Source of the DNA: Pseudomonadota bacterium
GTDB taxonomy: Bacteria; Myxococcota_A; UBA9042
NCBI GenBank assembly: GCA_005792545.1
Contig: SXRM01000036.1
Location: forward strand, 5,437-69,436
Length of the DNA stretch: 64,000 nucleotides
Direction: 5' to 3'
Part shown: in pieces, positions 35,352 to 45,329 of the stretch
Layout of the letters: each line of letters opens with the position of its first letter
How positions within the stretch are numbered: position 1 is the stretch's first letter
The notes under the pieces: generated by a model
Told to the model about the DNA's origin: nothing
The model's input: only the letters and a program-made list of their open reading frames with translations
Databases searched by the model: none
Program-made: the position numbers and the translations under genes

Positions 35352-37175
35352 ATGGATCCTAGAAAACGCGCTGCTCGCCGGTCGCCGGTCCTCAAGCACC
35401 GCTTTATCCTTGACGCCCTGGCCGCCAAGGCGCACGCTGGCCGCACTGGCCTGTGCTTTCCGAGCCTTTTTTGGGTCGCGCGCGCGCCGTCGCCACCCAA
35501 GGTCGCCGTGCAGCCCGAGACGGTGCATTTCAACGGGTTTGGGTCCAAGTCACAGGCTCAAGCCATTGTCGTGCGCAACCTCGGCGGGTCGCCTCTGCGC
35601 ATCGAGCGCGTCGAACTGATGCTGCCCAGCCACTACAAGCTGGCAGACAACTGGTCATTTCAGCTGACCGGCGGCAATGTCGATTACGCGCCATTGGTCG
35701 TCATTCCTCCCGGTGGCGTTTGGAACCTCAAGTTGTCTCGGACCGGCGGCGACTGGACCGATGCGGGTGGCACGATCCGACTGTTCACCGACGATCCGCT
35801 TGCCCCAGGCCCGGTCAAAATCGACGTTGTGGCGACGCCCTTTGCCAACGCCACGCAGTGCCTGACTTCGCAAGCCGGGTCGATCATCGACTTCGGCCCG
35901 GCGGTTCCCGGGGCGGCGCAAAAGAACTACGTCGTTCACCTCAAGAATTGCGGCGCGGCGCCACTAGTCGTTACCGGCGTCGCCCTTGTCCAAGATCCCA
36001 GCGGATCCGGGCTGTTCGCCATCGATTGGGAACACAGCACCAAAGCCGACGGATCGTCACCGCTCGGTCCCACGCCAACGACCCCGATTGTGGTGCCAGG
36101 CGGTGGTTACGTTGCGCTGACCGTGACTTACGCAGCCCTGAACTTGACACCCGAGACCAATGGCAAGCTGCTCGTCGAGGTCGGCGGTGAGACCTACACG
36201 TTCACTTTGACCGCTCAAAACGTCAAAGTCACCTGCCCGATCCCCATGGTCACGGTCACGGAAGGCGAACAAGTCGTTCCGCAGACGACCATCCACCTCA
36301 AGGGCGACCAGTCCAAGTCGGCCGGCGGTGCGATTACCAAGTACAAGTGGTACGTCAAACAGCCGGCAGGATCGAACCAGGCACTCACGCCCAACGCGAG
36401 CTTTATCAGCCCGTCCCTGCTTGCCAATGCCTCCGGCGAGTACGAGTTTTGCCTCGATGTCTGGGACGCCAGCGGCGTCAAAAGCTGCGCCCCCGCCTGC
36501 GCCTTAGTCCTGGTCATCCCCAACAACGCCATTCACATCGAACTGCTGTGGAACACGCCGGCCGACGCCGACCAGACCGACAGCGGCCCCGCTGCCGGCG
36601 CCGACTTGGACCTGCACTTTGCCCACCCGATTGCCGGGACCGCGGACCTGGACTGCGATGGCAAGCCTGACCCATGGTTCAGCAACCCGTGGGACACCTT
36701 CTGGTTCAACGCAGCGCCCGAGTGGGGCGGCAGCGGCAACACCAAGGACAATCCGACCATGGACTTGGACGATACCGACGGCGCCGGCCCGGAGAACTTG
36801 AACCTCGTGGACCCAGAGGGCACGGACGACGACCCGGTGGCCTACCGTGTCGGCGTCCACTACTGGAATGACCACGGCTTTAGTACGTCGTTTGCCACGG
36901 TGAACATCTACGTCCAGGGCGGCCTGGCCGTGCAGTTTTCCGGCGCCGAACTGCAGGCCCTGGACATGTGGTACGTCGGCGATCTCAACTGGCCCAACGT
37001 GACCAACGGCGGCACCAAGCCGGTCTTTCAGACGTGCTATCAGTCGGGGCAGTCGTGCGCGGCGGGCAAGAACTTGATGTGGGAACCCAAGGGCGAGCGG
37101 TGCATCACCAAGTGCTACAAGAACAAGGTGTTCAACGGCTCGGTGGGCGGGGCGGCGAAGCCGCCGGGGTGTTGA
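35352..37175 (+). CDS. secreted multi-domain protein (two ASH/'choice-of-anchor D'-like beta-sandwiches, PKD-like domain, Asp-rich C-terminal domain)
   Basis: ATG 35352. The signal-like segment is GLCFPSLFWVARA|PS. 'VHFNGFG..AQAIVVRNLGGSPLRIERVEL' and 'IDFGPAVPG..VVHLKNCGAAPLVVTGV' resemble ASH/choice-of-anchor D domains. 'YKWYVKQPAGS...GEYEFCLDVWDASG' is PKD-like. The start site is uncertain. Confidence 0.7.
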   Translation: MDPRKRAARRSPVLKHRFILDALAAKAHAGRTGLCFPSLFWVARAPSPPKVAVQPETVHFNGFGSKSQAQAIVVRNLGGSPLRIERVELMLPSHYKLADNWSFQLTGGNVDYAPLVVIPPGGVWNLKLSRTGGDWTDAGGTIRLFTDDPLAPGPVKIDVVATPFANATQCLTSQAGSIIDFGPAVPGAAQKNYVVHLKNCGAAPLVVTGVALVQDPSGSGLFAIDWEHSTKADGSSPLGPTPTTPIVVPGGGYVALTVTYAALNLTPETNGKLLVEVGGETYTFTLTAQNVKVTCPIPMVTVTEGEQVVPQTTIHLKGDQSKSAGGAITKYKWYVKQPAGSNQALTPNASFISPSLLANASGEYEFCLDVWDASGVKSCAPACALVLVIPNNAIHIELLWNTPADADQTDSGPAAGADLDLHFAHPIAGTADLDCDGKPDPWFSNPWDTFWFNAAPEWGGSGNTKDNPTMDLDDTDGAGPENLNLVDPEGTDDDPVAYRVGVHYWNDHGFSTSFATVNIYVQGGLAVQFSGAELQALDMWYVGDLNWPNVTNGGTKPVFQTCYQSGQSCAAGKNLMWEPKGERCITKCYKNKVFNGSVGGAAKPPGC

Positions 37176-37314
37176 GCGCTGGGCAGCACGCGTGGTCCCG
37201 GGCAGGATTTGGGCTCGCTAAGCCGTAAGTTCGCGCTCCCCTATGCAAGCAAGCACAGCAAGCGCGGTCCACGACCAGTCACTGCCATCCCGGCATGGGC
37301 TACAGCGCTGCGGG

Positions 37315-38757
37315 TCAACGGGCGGAACAATCGCCCCAACACCACTCTTGCTCGTCAGCCCGGCACTGACCATCGCCGCAGGTGCCCGCGCACGGCCCCG
37401 TCGCCGCAAACCGAAACAGCACCAATTGCCCTGAAATGACTTCCGGCAGGCCAGGCACCTGCTCCTCAGTTGACGTCCTCGCAAGCAGGGCCATGCCGCC
37501 CCCTGGCAAATCGACCGCTTGCAGGTGGGGCAAGTAGAACGCATCGGGCCAACCACAGGGGGCGCGATCGCGCTTGATTTTGTCGATGAAGTAGTAGAAG
37601 CCGCGAATCTCTGCCGGTGGCCACGGCCAATTGCCGAGCCGATGCGACGCGCTACCTTCGGGCACCAGCACCCTGTCGACCCCGCGAGACTCGGAGGACG
37701 GCCCCCCACTTGAGGCGGTTCGCAGCAAACCCAAGCGATCCAGCAGCGGCTGGCGAACGGCTGACAGTCGCTCACGACTCGAAATAAGCGCACCGCCAGG
37801 GCTGCCCTGGCTCCACTGCCAGAAGGGGCCACGCTGATGGATTGCGTCAGCGTCCCGCACCAGAAACTCGGCCACACCTTGCTCTGTCTCGGTGGATCCT
37901 TGGGCGACGACGACCAGCCACACACCGCGCGGGTTGGCCTCGAGGTCCAGGTGCAGGACCCCGAAGCCTCCCTTGGGCTCGCGCGGCAGCATTGTGGTTG
38001 CGCCCTGCGCGGAGACGTGGCCGATGACCGCGCGCCAGCCGTACTCTACGAACTTGCCCATGTGCCCGGCTACCCACCAGCCGCCGTGCAGGTCCGCGGC
38101 GGCGCTCAGCCATTGGATCTTGCCGCTCGTTCCGGTCGTCGGATCCCAGGCGATGGTTGGCAATGCGAGGTCCTTGTGACCGTCGCGACCCAGGACCCGC
38201 AGGTTCGGTTGGTGTCGATCGACCAGACCGCAGTTGCCTTGGCCGTCGGGCGCGGCTGTCGCCGCAGTCCAGTCCGCTGCCAGGTCATGGCCCCACATCA
38301 GGGTACCGTCATCAGTCCGCAATTCCACGAACGGCGCAGGCGGTACCCGGCGGCAGTTTTCGCCAGCAAGCGCTCGCACCTGCACCTCGCAACTATACCA
38401 AGAGCAAGGTGGACCTGGCCTGAGAGGCACTTCACGCACGTCGCCGCCGGCCATGGGAATCGTCAGCACCCGGTCGCGCGTCCACACGGCCAGGTCGCCT
38501 GCCGCGGTGCGCGTCAACGTTGCCGCTTCGGTCGGCGGCAGGGCGGCAAAACCAGCGGGCTGCAACCCCATGCAGGTCGGCACCAGTGCCTCCTGGGTCG
38601 CACAGGTGGTCTGGCGCCATGGCGACACGACCGGCTCGTCGGGCGAGCATGCGCTGACACAGGCAAGCAGCGCGGGAGCCCCGGCAGCCGCCAACAACAC
38701 AGGCCAAGCGCGGCGCCGCCGTGCGCAGCATTGCCGTGTTTCGTTGCATAGCGCCAA
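37315..38757 (-). CDS. lipoprotein, function unknown
   Basis: TTG 38757 gives ...RRRRAWPVLLAAAGAPALLAC (lipobox); an alternative start is the GTG 19 codons downstream. The C-terminus is Cys-rich (CAGTCGDGQCRADEQEWCWGDC). Confidence 0.6.
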   Translation of the reverse strand: MALCNETRQCCARRRRAWPVLLAAAGAPALLACVSACSPDEPVVSPWRQTTCATQEALVPTCMGLQPAGFAALPPTEAATLTRTAAGDLAVWTRDRVLTIPMAGGDVREVPLRPGPPCSWYSCEVQVRALAGENCRRVPPAPFVELRTDDGTLMWGHDLAADWTAATAAPDGQGNCGLVDRHQPNLRVLGRDGHKDLALPTIAWDPTTGTSGKIQWLSAAADLHGGWWVAGHMGKFVEYGWRAVIGHVSAQGATTMLPREPKGGFGVLHLDLEANPRGVWLVVVAQGSTETEQGVAEFLVRDADAIHQRGPFWQWSQGSPGGALISSRERLSAVRQPLLDRLGLLRTASSGGPSSESRGVDRVLVPEGSASHRLGNWPWPPAEIRGFYYFIDKIKRDRAPCGWPDAFYLPHLQAVDLPGGGMALLARTSTEEQVPGLPEVISGQLVLFRFAATGPCAGTCGDGQCRADEQEWCWGDCSAR

Positions 38758-38859
38758 GGGTATCCTGGTCGACCGCCCTACCAGCAGCTACCCGGCAGAC
38801 ACTACGCCTTGCCGTGCAACCTCGCAATCGCAATGGACGGTCCAAGTTTCAGATGCCAC

Positions 38860-39306
38860 CTACCCCGGCACCTCGGCCTCGACCAGCGCCGCCAGCATCG
38901 CCAGTGACTCTTGCCAGCCCAGGTAGCACATCTGCACCGGGATGACCTCAGGGATGCCTTCTTGCAGCACCCGCAGCTCCGTTCCGCAAATTGCCTTGTG
39001 GAACTCGATGGTCACCATTAGCTCGCCCGGCAGGTTGGGGTCGTCAAACTGGTCGGTGTAGCGCAGGCGCTCGCCCGGTACCATCTCGACGTAGGTGCCG
39101 CCAAACGAGTGGCTATTGCCCGACGCGAAGTTGGTGAAGCTCATCTTATAGCTGCCGCCAACGCGCGCATCGAGTTCGTGCACGGTCCCGGTAAAGCCGT
39201 GTGGAGGCAGCCACTTGCACATCGCGGCCGGGTCAATGAAGGCCTTGTACACCCGTTCGGGCGGGGCGCGCAGCACGCGGTGCAGGGTCACAGTTCCGGT
39301 CGGCAT
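38860..39306 (-). CDS. SRPBCC superfamily protein (AHSA1 / Aha1-like domain)
   Basis: 148 aa. AAGGAG precedes the ATG. 'RVLRAPPERVYKAFIDPAAMCKWLPP.G' and 'VGGSYKMSF.......SFGGTYVEMVPGERLRYT' are typical of AHSA1-type START-like proteins. Confidence 0.85.
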   Translation of the reverse strand: MPTGTVTLHRVLRAPPERVYKAFIDPAAMCKWLPPHGFTGTVHELDARVGGSYKMSFTNFASGNSHSFGGTYVEMVPGERLRYTDQFDDPNLPGELMVTIEFHKAICGTELRVLQEGIPEVIPVQMCYLGWQESLAMLAALVEAEVPG

Positions 39307-39503
39307 TGGAAACTCCTTGTTCTGTTAGTGGATTGCCGCCAAGTGCGATCGGCGGGGTTGGCAAGTCTGCCCAAGCCGATCGCAGCAGGCAACACCACAG
39401 CGCGCAATTCACACAGCTGCAAACGGTTGCCCGAACCTGCGCAAAACCGCTAGACTTCGCCCCCGTTTGCCACGCCGCCCATGGTCGGCGCTCTGGAGGC
39501 CTC

Positions 39504-41477
39504 ATGTTCCCGGTGTTCCGTTCCCCCGCAGCCCGCGTCCTTTGCTGCGCCGCGCTGACCTGCATGGCCCTGCCCACGCTGGCTGCTGTGTCGACCACGA
39601 CCAACGTCAGCGGCCTCGTGCTCGCCCAAAGTGGCGGCCCAGTGGCCGATGGCGACTATGCGCTGACCTTCCGTATCTACGGCGGCGAAAAAGAGGCCAA
39701 GCCCGCCTGGAAAGAGGGGCCGCTGGTGGTCACAGTCAAGGGTGGCCAGTTCTCGCTGGCACTTGGCGCCGAAGTGGCGTTGACGGCGGCCGTGCTGGGC
39801 GCTCTGCCGGAGGCGTGGCTGGGCGTGACGGTCGGCAACGACCCGGAGCTGCCGCGCAAGCCCATGCTTGCCGCGCCGAGCGCGATTCGCGCCGCCGTCG
39901 CCGAAGGCCTGGAGTGCTCCGGTTGCATCGGCGCCGGGCACCTGGATCCCAAGGCGCTGGCGGGCTACGTCAAGGCGGGCGACTTGCAGGCGTTCGCCAA
40001 GACGGCGGACCTGAGCGACTACGTCAAGGCCGCCTCGCTCTCGCCCGTCGCGGCTTCGGGCAACTACAGCGACCTCACGGGCACGCCAGCATTGAGCGAT
40101 GTCGCCAAGACTGGCGCGTTCGCCGACCTCACCGCGATTCCGGCGATGGCCAAGGTCGGCGTCGCTTGCGGCACCGGGCTGGTGGTCAAGGGCATCAAGG
40201 CCGATGGGTCGCTCGATTGCGTGGCCGGCGGCGTCACCGCGGCCAGCCTGCCGGCCGATGGGCTGAACGAGGTGTCCAACGGCTTGCTCACCACGCAGTT
40301 CACCGACAGTGCGGCTTCGGCAAGCGCGCCGATAGCCATCGCGGACTTCAACGGCGCAGGCACGCTCGACAAAATCGACGTACCCGATTTTGGCCTTGCC
40401 ACGGGCCTCACCGTCAACATCGCCATCAGCAATAGCGACGTCGCCAAGGTTCGTGTCGACCTCTACGACCCGACTGGCGCCAAGACCACCGTCTACGACG
40501 GCGAAAAGACCGGCAAGCAGTTGACGCTCAAGCTCGACGGCCCCGGCCAAAAGGCGCTCGACCCCTGGGTCGGCAAGAACCCCAAGGGTACCTGGCAGAT
40601 CGTCGTCGCCGATCTCAGCAACAACGGTGGTGGCAAAGATGGCGCCGTCGACAGTTGGTCGGTACAAGTGCAGACGCTTTCGAGCAAAAAGGTCGCGGCC
40701 AGCGGAGCGCTGCAGTTGATGGTGACAGATGCAGCGCCTATCGCGTGCAATCCTGGCCACTTCGGCGCCATGTACGCCAGCCCCAAAGAGGCGGCGATCC
40801 TGGTGTGCAATGGCAAAGAGTGGGTGCCGATCGTGCTCGCGCAAGTCGGGTCACAAGACAACCCAGCCGCGTCGTGCAAAGACGTGCTGACCAAAGCGCC
40901 GCTCAGCAAAGACGGCGACTACTGGCTCAAATCGAGCGGCGGCCCGGCCAAGTACTTCTGCGACATGACCACCGACGGCGGCGGCTGGACGCGCATCGCG
41001 CTCGAAAACACCGCCGACGCCACCGGCTGGAGCGACGGGACGCTGACCGACGCCAACGTCGGCGGCGCCGCGACCAAGGTCCACGGCGTGTGGGGTACAG
41101 GCGGCGGCAGCGCCAAGACCTTTGATTTCAAGGCAATTCCGCACACCCAGGCGCGGGTCAAGGGCCGCTACTATGCCATCGACAGCTGGGACAACGAGGG
41201 CAATGGGGCCCAAGTGCACGTGGATGGTGCGCTCAAGTTTGCGGCCACCAAGGCGTACAGCAGTGCGGGCAGTGGCGCCGGCTGGGTCACCGCCAGCTTC
41301 AGCCCGGCGCCCTGGGGCAACAACAGCGGACCCAACGGCTACTGGAACATCGAGGCGGCGATGGGCCTGCTCGACCACCAGGCCGGGTCACTCACGCTCG
41401 ACTTCAAGACCGGCATCGACCAGGACAAAAGCGACGAGTCGTTTGCGTTCAGCCATGTGCAGGTGTGGATTCGGTAG
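39504..41477 (+). CDS. secreted protein with proprotein-convertase P-domain-like module and C-terminal fibrinogen-like (CDxxxxGGGW) domain
   Basis: ORF trimmed to ATG 39504 (GGAGG 4 nt upstream), with a signal peptide. 'GLTVNIAISNSDVAKVRVDLYDPTGAKTTVYDG...GTWQIVVADLSNNGGGKDGAVDSWSVQVQT' is P-domain-like. 'SCKDVL...DGDYWL.....AKYFCDMTTDGGGWTRI' matches the fibrinogen C-domain core. Confidence 0.8.
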   Translation: MFPVFRSPAARVLCCAALTCMALPTLAAVSTTTNVSGLVLAQSGGPVADGDYALTFRIYGGEKEAKPAWKEGPLVVTVKGGQFSLALGAEVALTAAVLGALPEAWLGVTVGNDPELPRKPMLAAPSAIRAAVAEGLECSGCIGAGHLDPKALAGYVKAGDLQAFAKTADLSDYVKAASLSPVAASGNYSDLTGTPALSDVAKTGAFADLTAIPAMAKVGVACGTGLVVKGIKADGSLDCVAGGVTAASLPADGLNEVSNGLLTTQFTDSAASASAPIAIADFNGAGTLDKIDVPDFGLATGLTVNIAISNSDVAKVRVDLYDPTGAKTTVYDGEKTGKQLTLKLDGPGQKALDPWVGKNPKGTWQIVVADLSNNGGGKDGAVDSWSVQVQTLSSKKVAASGALQLMVTDAAPIACNPGHFGAMYASPKEAAILVCNGKEWVPIVLAQVGSQDNPAASCKDVLTKAPLSKDGDYWLKSSGGPAKYFCDMTTDGGGWTRIALENTADATGWSDGTLTDANVGGAATKVHGVWGTGGGSAKTFDFKAIPHTQARVKGRYYAIDSWDNEGNGAQVHVDGALKFAATKAYSSAGSGAGWVTASFSPAPWGNNSGPNGYWNIEAAMGLLDHQAGSLTLDFKTGIDQDKSDESFAFSHVQVWIR

Positions 41478-41503
41478 GCGAATTGGCATCATTCGGGCGC
41501 AGT

Positions 41504-42724
41504 CTACTCTCTCAACCAGCCGCTCACTGCCGTGGCCAGAAACCGTTCGATCGGTACGCCCCCTGTCCCCACCACCAGCGGACGCGCCCGCGGATACGCC
41601 GTGCAGAACGCGGACAGACCCGGCAATGCCCGCGGCCGGGCCCCCGACTTAACCTCGATGGCCACCAACTGGCGACCGCGCTGCAACACGTAATCCACCT
41701 CCTGGTCGCGTTCGCGCCACCACGACAACGCAATGTCGGTGCCCGCGGTCCCATTGAGAAGGTGCGTTGCGACCGCCACTTCGACCTGGTGGCCCCACGC
41801 CTCGGGGTCTGCCCGCAAGGTTGACAGGCGCTCACCGAGCACGGCGGTGCGCAGACCGGGCGCAAACACCGCCAGCTTGGGACTGCTCGCACGTTGCCGC
41901 ACCGGTTCGCCCGCGAATTTCTGCAAGCCGGTCGCCATGCCTGCGTGGCTGAGCAGCTCCAGATACCAGGCCAACGTCGTGGCGTTGCCGCGGTCCTGTA
42001 ATTGGCCGAGCATCTTGGTGTAGGACAGTTCCTGGCCCGCGTAGGCGCACGCGAGGTCAAACAGGCGGCGAAGCAGTGCCGGGTTGTCCACCCGCTCCAG
42101 TTGCAGCACGTCACGGCTCACCGTCGCTTCAATCAGCGCGTCGCGCACGTATTGAATCCACCGCGGCGGATCGCCAATCAAGTGCGCCGACCCTGGATAG
42201 CCGCCATAGGCAATGAACTCCTCGCAGCTGTGGCCAAACGCGGCCTGGGTCTCTGTCAGCGACCAGTGGGGCAGCACGATCCGCTCGAAGCGCCCGGCGA
42301 GGCTCTCTCCCAGACCGCGACCGACCAGCAACGGCGACGAGCCTGAGAACACGACCTTGAGCGGGATGCCGCGCCGGGTGTCCTCATCCCACAGCGACTT
42401 GACGGCCTCGGCCCACCCGGACAGACGCTGGATCTCGTCCAGGGCGAACACCGCGCCCGTTTGCCCGCACAGATCGCGCGCGAGGTGCCATTGCTGGCGC
42501 AGCCAGGTCGCATCGGCCAGCACCGCGTCGTCGGCGCTGGCGTAGTGGGCGCGCGGCGCCAACTCTGCGAGCACCTGGCGGATGAGTGTGGTCTTGCCCA
42601 CTTGGCGCGGCCCGGCAACGACCTGAATCAAGCGGCGAGGTTCGGCCAGCCGCGCGCGAAAGTGCTCGGCCTGTGGTCGGATGATTTGGGTGTGTTGCGG
42701 CGGAGTTGGCAATTCGTTCTGCAT
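41504..42724 (-). CDS. AAA+ ATPase (AAA_14 + DUF4143 architecture)
   Basis: 406 aa. The Walker A is 'VVAGPRQVGKTTLI'. A Walker B-like 'VFALDEIQ' follows. The C-terminal half is typical of DUF4143 proteins (COG1373-like). Confidence 0.85.
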   Translation of the reverse strand: MQNELPTPPQHTQIIRPQAEHFRARLAEPRRLIQVVAGPRQVGKTTLIRQVLAELAPRAHYASADDAVLADATWLRQQWHLARDLCGQTGAVFALDEIQRLSGWAEAVKSLWDEDTRRGIPLKVVFSGSSPLLVGRGLGESLAGRFERIVLPHWSLTETQAAFGHSCEEFIAYGGYPGSAHLIGDPPRWIQYVRDALIEATVSRDVLQLERVDNPALLRRLFDLACAYAGQELSYTKMLGQLQDRGNATTLAWYLELLSHAGMATGLQKFAGEPVRQRASSPKLAVFAPGLRTAVLGERLSTLRADPEAWGHQVEVAVATHLLNGTAGTDIALSWWRERDQEVDYVLQRGRQLVAIEVKSGARPRALPGLSAFCTAYPRARPLVVGTGGVPIERFLATAVSGWLRE

Positions 42725-42732
42725 AGCGCGCT

Positions 42733-42763
42733 ATTTTACTAGCTATCGCTCGCAAAATGTCAA
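42733..42763 (-). promoter_or_regulatory. sigma70-like promoter for the AAA+ ATPase gene, possibly giving a leaderless mRNA
   Basis: The minus strand reads TTGACA-N19-TAAAAT-N8-ATG (alternatively TTGACA-N16-TAGTAA). The -35 is a perfect match, no SD is present, and the pocket is AT-rich in a GC-rich genome. Confidence 0.35.
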
Positions 42764-42802
42764 GCCGGCAGTTCTACTAGACTTTCGCACGCCCGCACCG
42801 TG

Positions 42803-45109
42803 CTACAACGGCACCCGAAAGCTATCGGTCCACGCCGGCGGCAGCGGCGCCTTGCCGTCTTTGAGCATCGTCTCCCACTCCTTGTCGTCCAGGCGCTTGA
42901 TCTCCTTGACGTCCACCTCGTGGTAGCGGAACACCGGGCCGACGAACGCCTCGCCGCCGCCCGCGCAGTTGTCAATCGTGATGACCATCAGGCTGACGTT
43001 GCCCGTCGCCACGTGCAGCACATTCGGCCCCGGCAGCGGCCCCGTGTTGGGGTTGGTGTGCACGTCGGCGATGGTCGGCTTCCACTTGTCGACGTTGTCG
43101 GGCTGGAAGAACAGCTTGGGATACCAACCGGTATACACCGGCTCGCCGCAGCCGGGCGTGGACGAGATGATTTGCTTCAAGAACGCCTGGTCGTCGGCCG
43201 TGCCCTTGCCGTCGAGCTCCCGCTGCGCGATGGCTTGCAGCTTCTCCATGGTCGACTGCCACTCGCCAAAGAAATTGGTCAGTTGCTGCTTGACGTACGG
43301 CTGCTTGGGCGTCGCGTTGACGAGCGTCTGCTTGGCGACCGCCGAAATCTTGGCCATTTTGGCGAAAAACGCCGGATAGGGCTCGACCCACGCGCTTGGG
43401 TGCTCGCAAGCCACCGAGCCCGTGTAGCTCTGCTTGGCGTAGAGCAGCGTGTCGTGCCGCAGCTGCGCCCACGAACCGAGTTGCGTGTTTAGCACCTTGT
43501 CGCGCCAGGCCGGCGTGCGCAGCGCAAACGGGTAGGTGTTGTCGGTGGTCGGCGGATTCATCGCGCGCAGGCCGTCGAGCCACAGGTTGTACAGATTGCC
43601 CTGCCAGAACGTCGCGTCGTGCTGGTCCACCAACCACCGCACCGTATGCAGCGCGCCCTGGTAGGGGTATTGGCCAAAGCCCTTCTCCAAGTGCACCGCC
43701 GCCTGCGAATTGCCAAGCGCAAACGCCACATCGAGCGGGTCCGGCAGCACGCGCTGCACCTTTTGGCCCTTGTGCATCACCCGGTCGTACACCACGTTGC
43801 TGAACACCTGGCTGTCGATGATGAAGCGCTGGCCCAGCAACGCAAACGACGGCGGCAGCGGCGTCGGCACTTCACTGTGCGGATTGGTCTCCAGATAGTG
43901 GCTGGCGATTTTCTGAGTTCCGTAGGCACCGCCTGCGAGTTTGTTGACCAGCGCATCGGCTTGCGCGGGGGTCAGCTTGCCGACGTCGCTCGCCGTCTCC
44001 CACTTCTGGTCCTTGATGAGCGCCGCTACGCCTTGCAGCGTGATGTAGTCGATGGGGCCCACCATCAGGCTGAGCAGGTCGTCAGCGGTCTGGACGTGCT
44101 GCGCCGCCGCGCCGGCATCCACTGCTTGCTGCAAGACCACTGCCGCCATCACCTGACGTGGCCGATAGACCCACACGCCTTTGTTGGCATCGGGCTCAGC
44201 GAAGCGCAGGTCCACCCGGCCCAGCCACATCACCGCACGGAAGTAGCGCTTCAGCGCCTCAGTGTCGTTGTAGTGCCCGCGCGGCTTGAACTGGCTGAAG
44301 TCCATCACGCGTTCCGACCCGAAAATCGTGGTGCCGGCCATCTGCTCTTTGGCCACCAGGGCCAGCAGTTTGCTCGCCGCCTCGTCGATCGCCGCGCCGC
44401 CCTGAGCCTTGACCGCGTTGCCGGCCAAAAGCGACCGCGCGACGGTCAGGTACAGGTCCGCATCGCCCCTGGCCTGCGCCGCCATCGGGTCGGTTCCCAC
44501 TGCGACTTTGGCTGTGGCCGCATGGGCTTTGGCGAGTGCGTTGTCGATTTCGTCCAAGAGCACGTGCTCTTCCAGGGTCTTGAGGATATCGTCGTACGAA
44601 GCGTGCAGCGCCTGCAGGATCGCGTCGGTCGTCACTGCTACCGGCAGGTCTTTCTTGAAGATCTCGTGGAGCGCCTTGCCCATGGTGTCGCGTTGCAGGC
44701 GGTCGCTGACCATGAAACCAGTGCTGTCCAGCCGGGCTTTCTCGGCCGGGGTCAACGCCAGTTCTTTGTCGATGAGGTCCATGTACTTGGATCCCGTCGG
44801 CTTGTAGGTCGGCACGATCGGCTTGGCGGCGTCCTTGGGCAGCCACTTGGCCATGAACTCGGCCACCGAGAGGTCGGCCGCGGCCTGCACCACCGGCGCG
44901 AACGCGGCGATGAACTGCGGGTCGCCGCTGGGTTTGGGGCCGGCGATGTCGGCAGTGGTCGAGCTGCTGTCCTTCGACACGGCGCCGGAATCACTGGTGG
45001 CATCGGCTGTTGCGGCGGGGGGAGCACCGTCGGCGCAGGCGGCAAGCGCGAGCAGGAGAGCGGTGGCGGTCAATCGGGACACAGGCAATCGAGACAGGGT
45101 CGGGCGCAT
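42803..45109 (-). CDS. DUF3160-family lipoprotein
   Basis: ALLLALAAC is a lipobox. 'FKPRGHYNDTEALKRYFRAVMWLGR' and the overall length (~770 aa) match my memory of DUF3160. This needs an HMM check. Confidence 0.7.
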   Translation of the reverse strand: MRPTLSRLPVSRLTATALLLALAACADGAPPAATADATSDSGAVSKDSSSTTADIAGPKPSGDPQFIAAFAPVVQAAADLSVAEFMAKWLPKDAAKPIVPTYKPTGSKYMDLIDKELALTPAEKARLDSTGFMVSDRLQRDTMGKALHEIFKKDLPVAVTTDAILQALHASYDDILKTLEEHVLLDEIDNALAKAHAATAKVAVGTDPMAAQARGDADLYLTVARSLLAGNAVKAQGGAAIDEAASKLLALVAKEQMAGTTIFGSERVMDFSQFKPRGHYNDTEALKRYFRAVMWLGRVDLRFAEPDANKGVWVYRPRQVMAAVVLQQAVDAGAAAQHVQTADDLLSLMVGPIDYITLQGVAALIKDQKWETASDVGKLTPAQADALVNKLAGGAYGTQKIASHYLETNPHSEVPTPLPPSFALLGQRFIIDSQVFSNVVYDRVMHKGQKVQRVLPDPLDVAFALGNSQAAVHLEKGFGQYPYQGALHTVRWLVDQHDATFWQGNLYNLWLDGLRAMNPPTTDNTYPFALRTPAWRDKVLNTQLGSWAQLRHDTLLYAKQSYTGSVACEHPSAWVEPYPAFFAKMAKISAVAKQTLVNATPKQPYVKQQLTNFFGEWQSTMEKLQAIAQRELDGKGTADDQAFLKQIISSTPGCGEPVYTGWYPKLFFQPDNVDKWKPTIADVHTNPNTGPLPGPNVLHVATGNVSLMVITIDNCAGGGEAFVGPVFRYHEVDVKEIKRLDDKEWETMLKDGKAPLPPAWTDSFRVPL

Positions 45110-45200
45110 GGGATCCTCCGGGCTGCGGCGAGGGCGTGAGTCGCCCGACTGACCGTGGCGCGCAGACTGGGTGCAAGGACCGTGCCAAGGGCATGGCGCT

Positions 45201-45222
45201 GGGGGGATGTTTATGATTTCAG
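45201..45222 (-). promoter_or_regulatory. weak 'TAAACAT-C6' box upstream of the DUF3160 gene
   Basis: The minus strand reads CTGAAATCATAAACATCCCCCC, about 90 nt upstream of ATG 45109. It has a one-mismatch TGAACA-like box plus a poly-C tract. Confidence 0.2.
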
Positions 45223-45329
45223 TGTGTTGATGAAGCGCCGCGCGTGCTTGAGCGCCGTCGCCGTGTTGCTTTTCTCAACATGCCGCAATCTAGGACACGG
45301 CGCGGTGGCCGGTCCTTGCGCGCGACGAC

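Noticed and set aside
35410-35619. Alternative-frame N-terminus (MTPWPPRRTLAALACAFRAFF...) suggesting a frameshift at the T6 run 35464-35469 in the ASH/PKD gene.
   Set aside because: The annotated frame already provides a signal-like hydrophobic segment (GLCFPSLFWVARA|PS) from ATG 35352, so no frameshift needs to be invoked. I kept it only as a start-site uncertainty.
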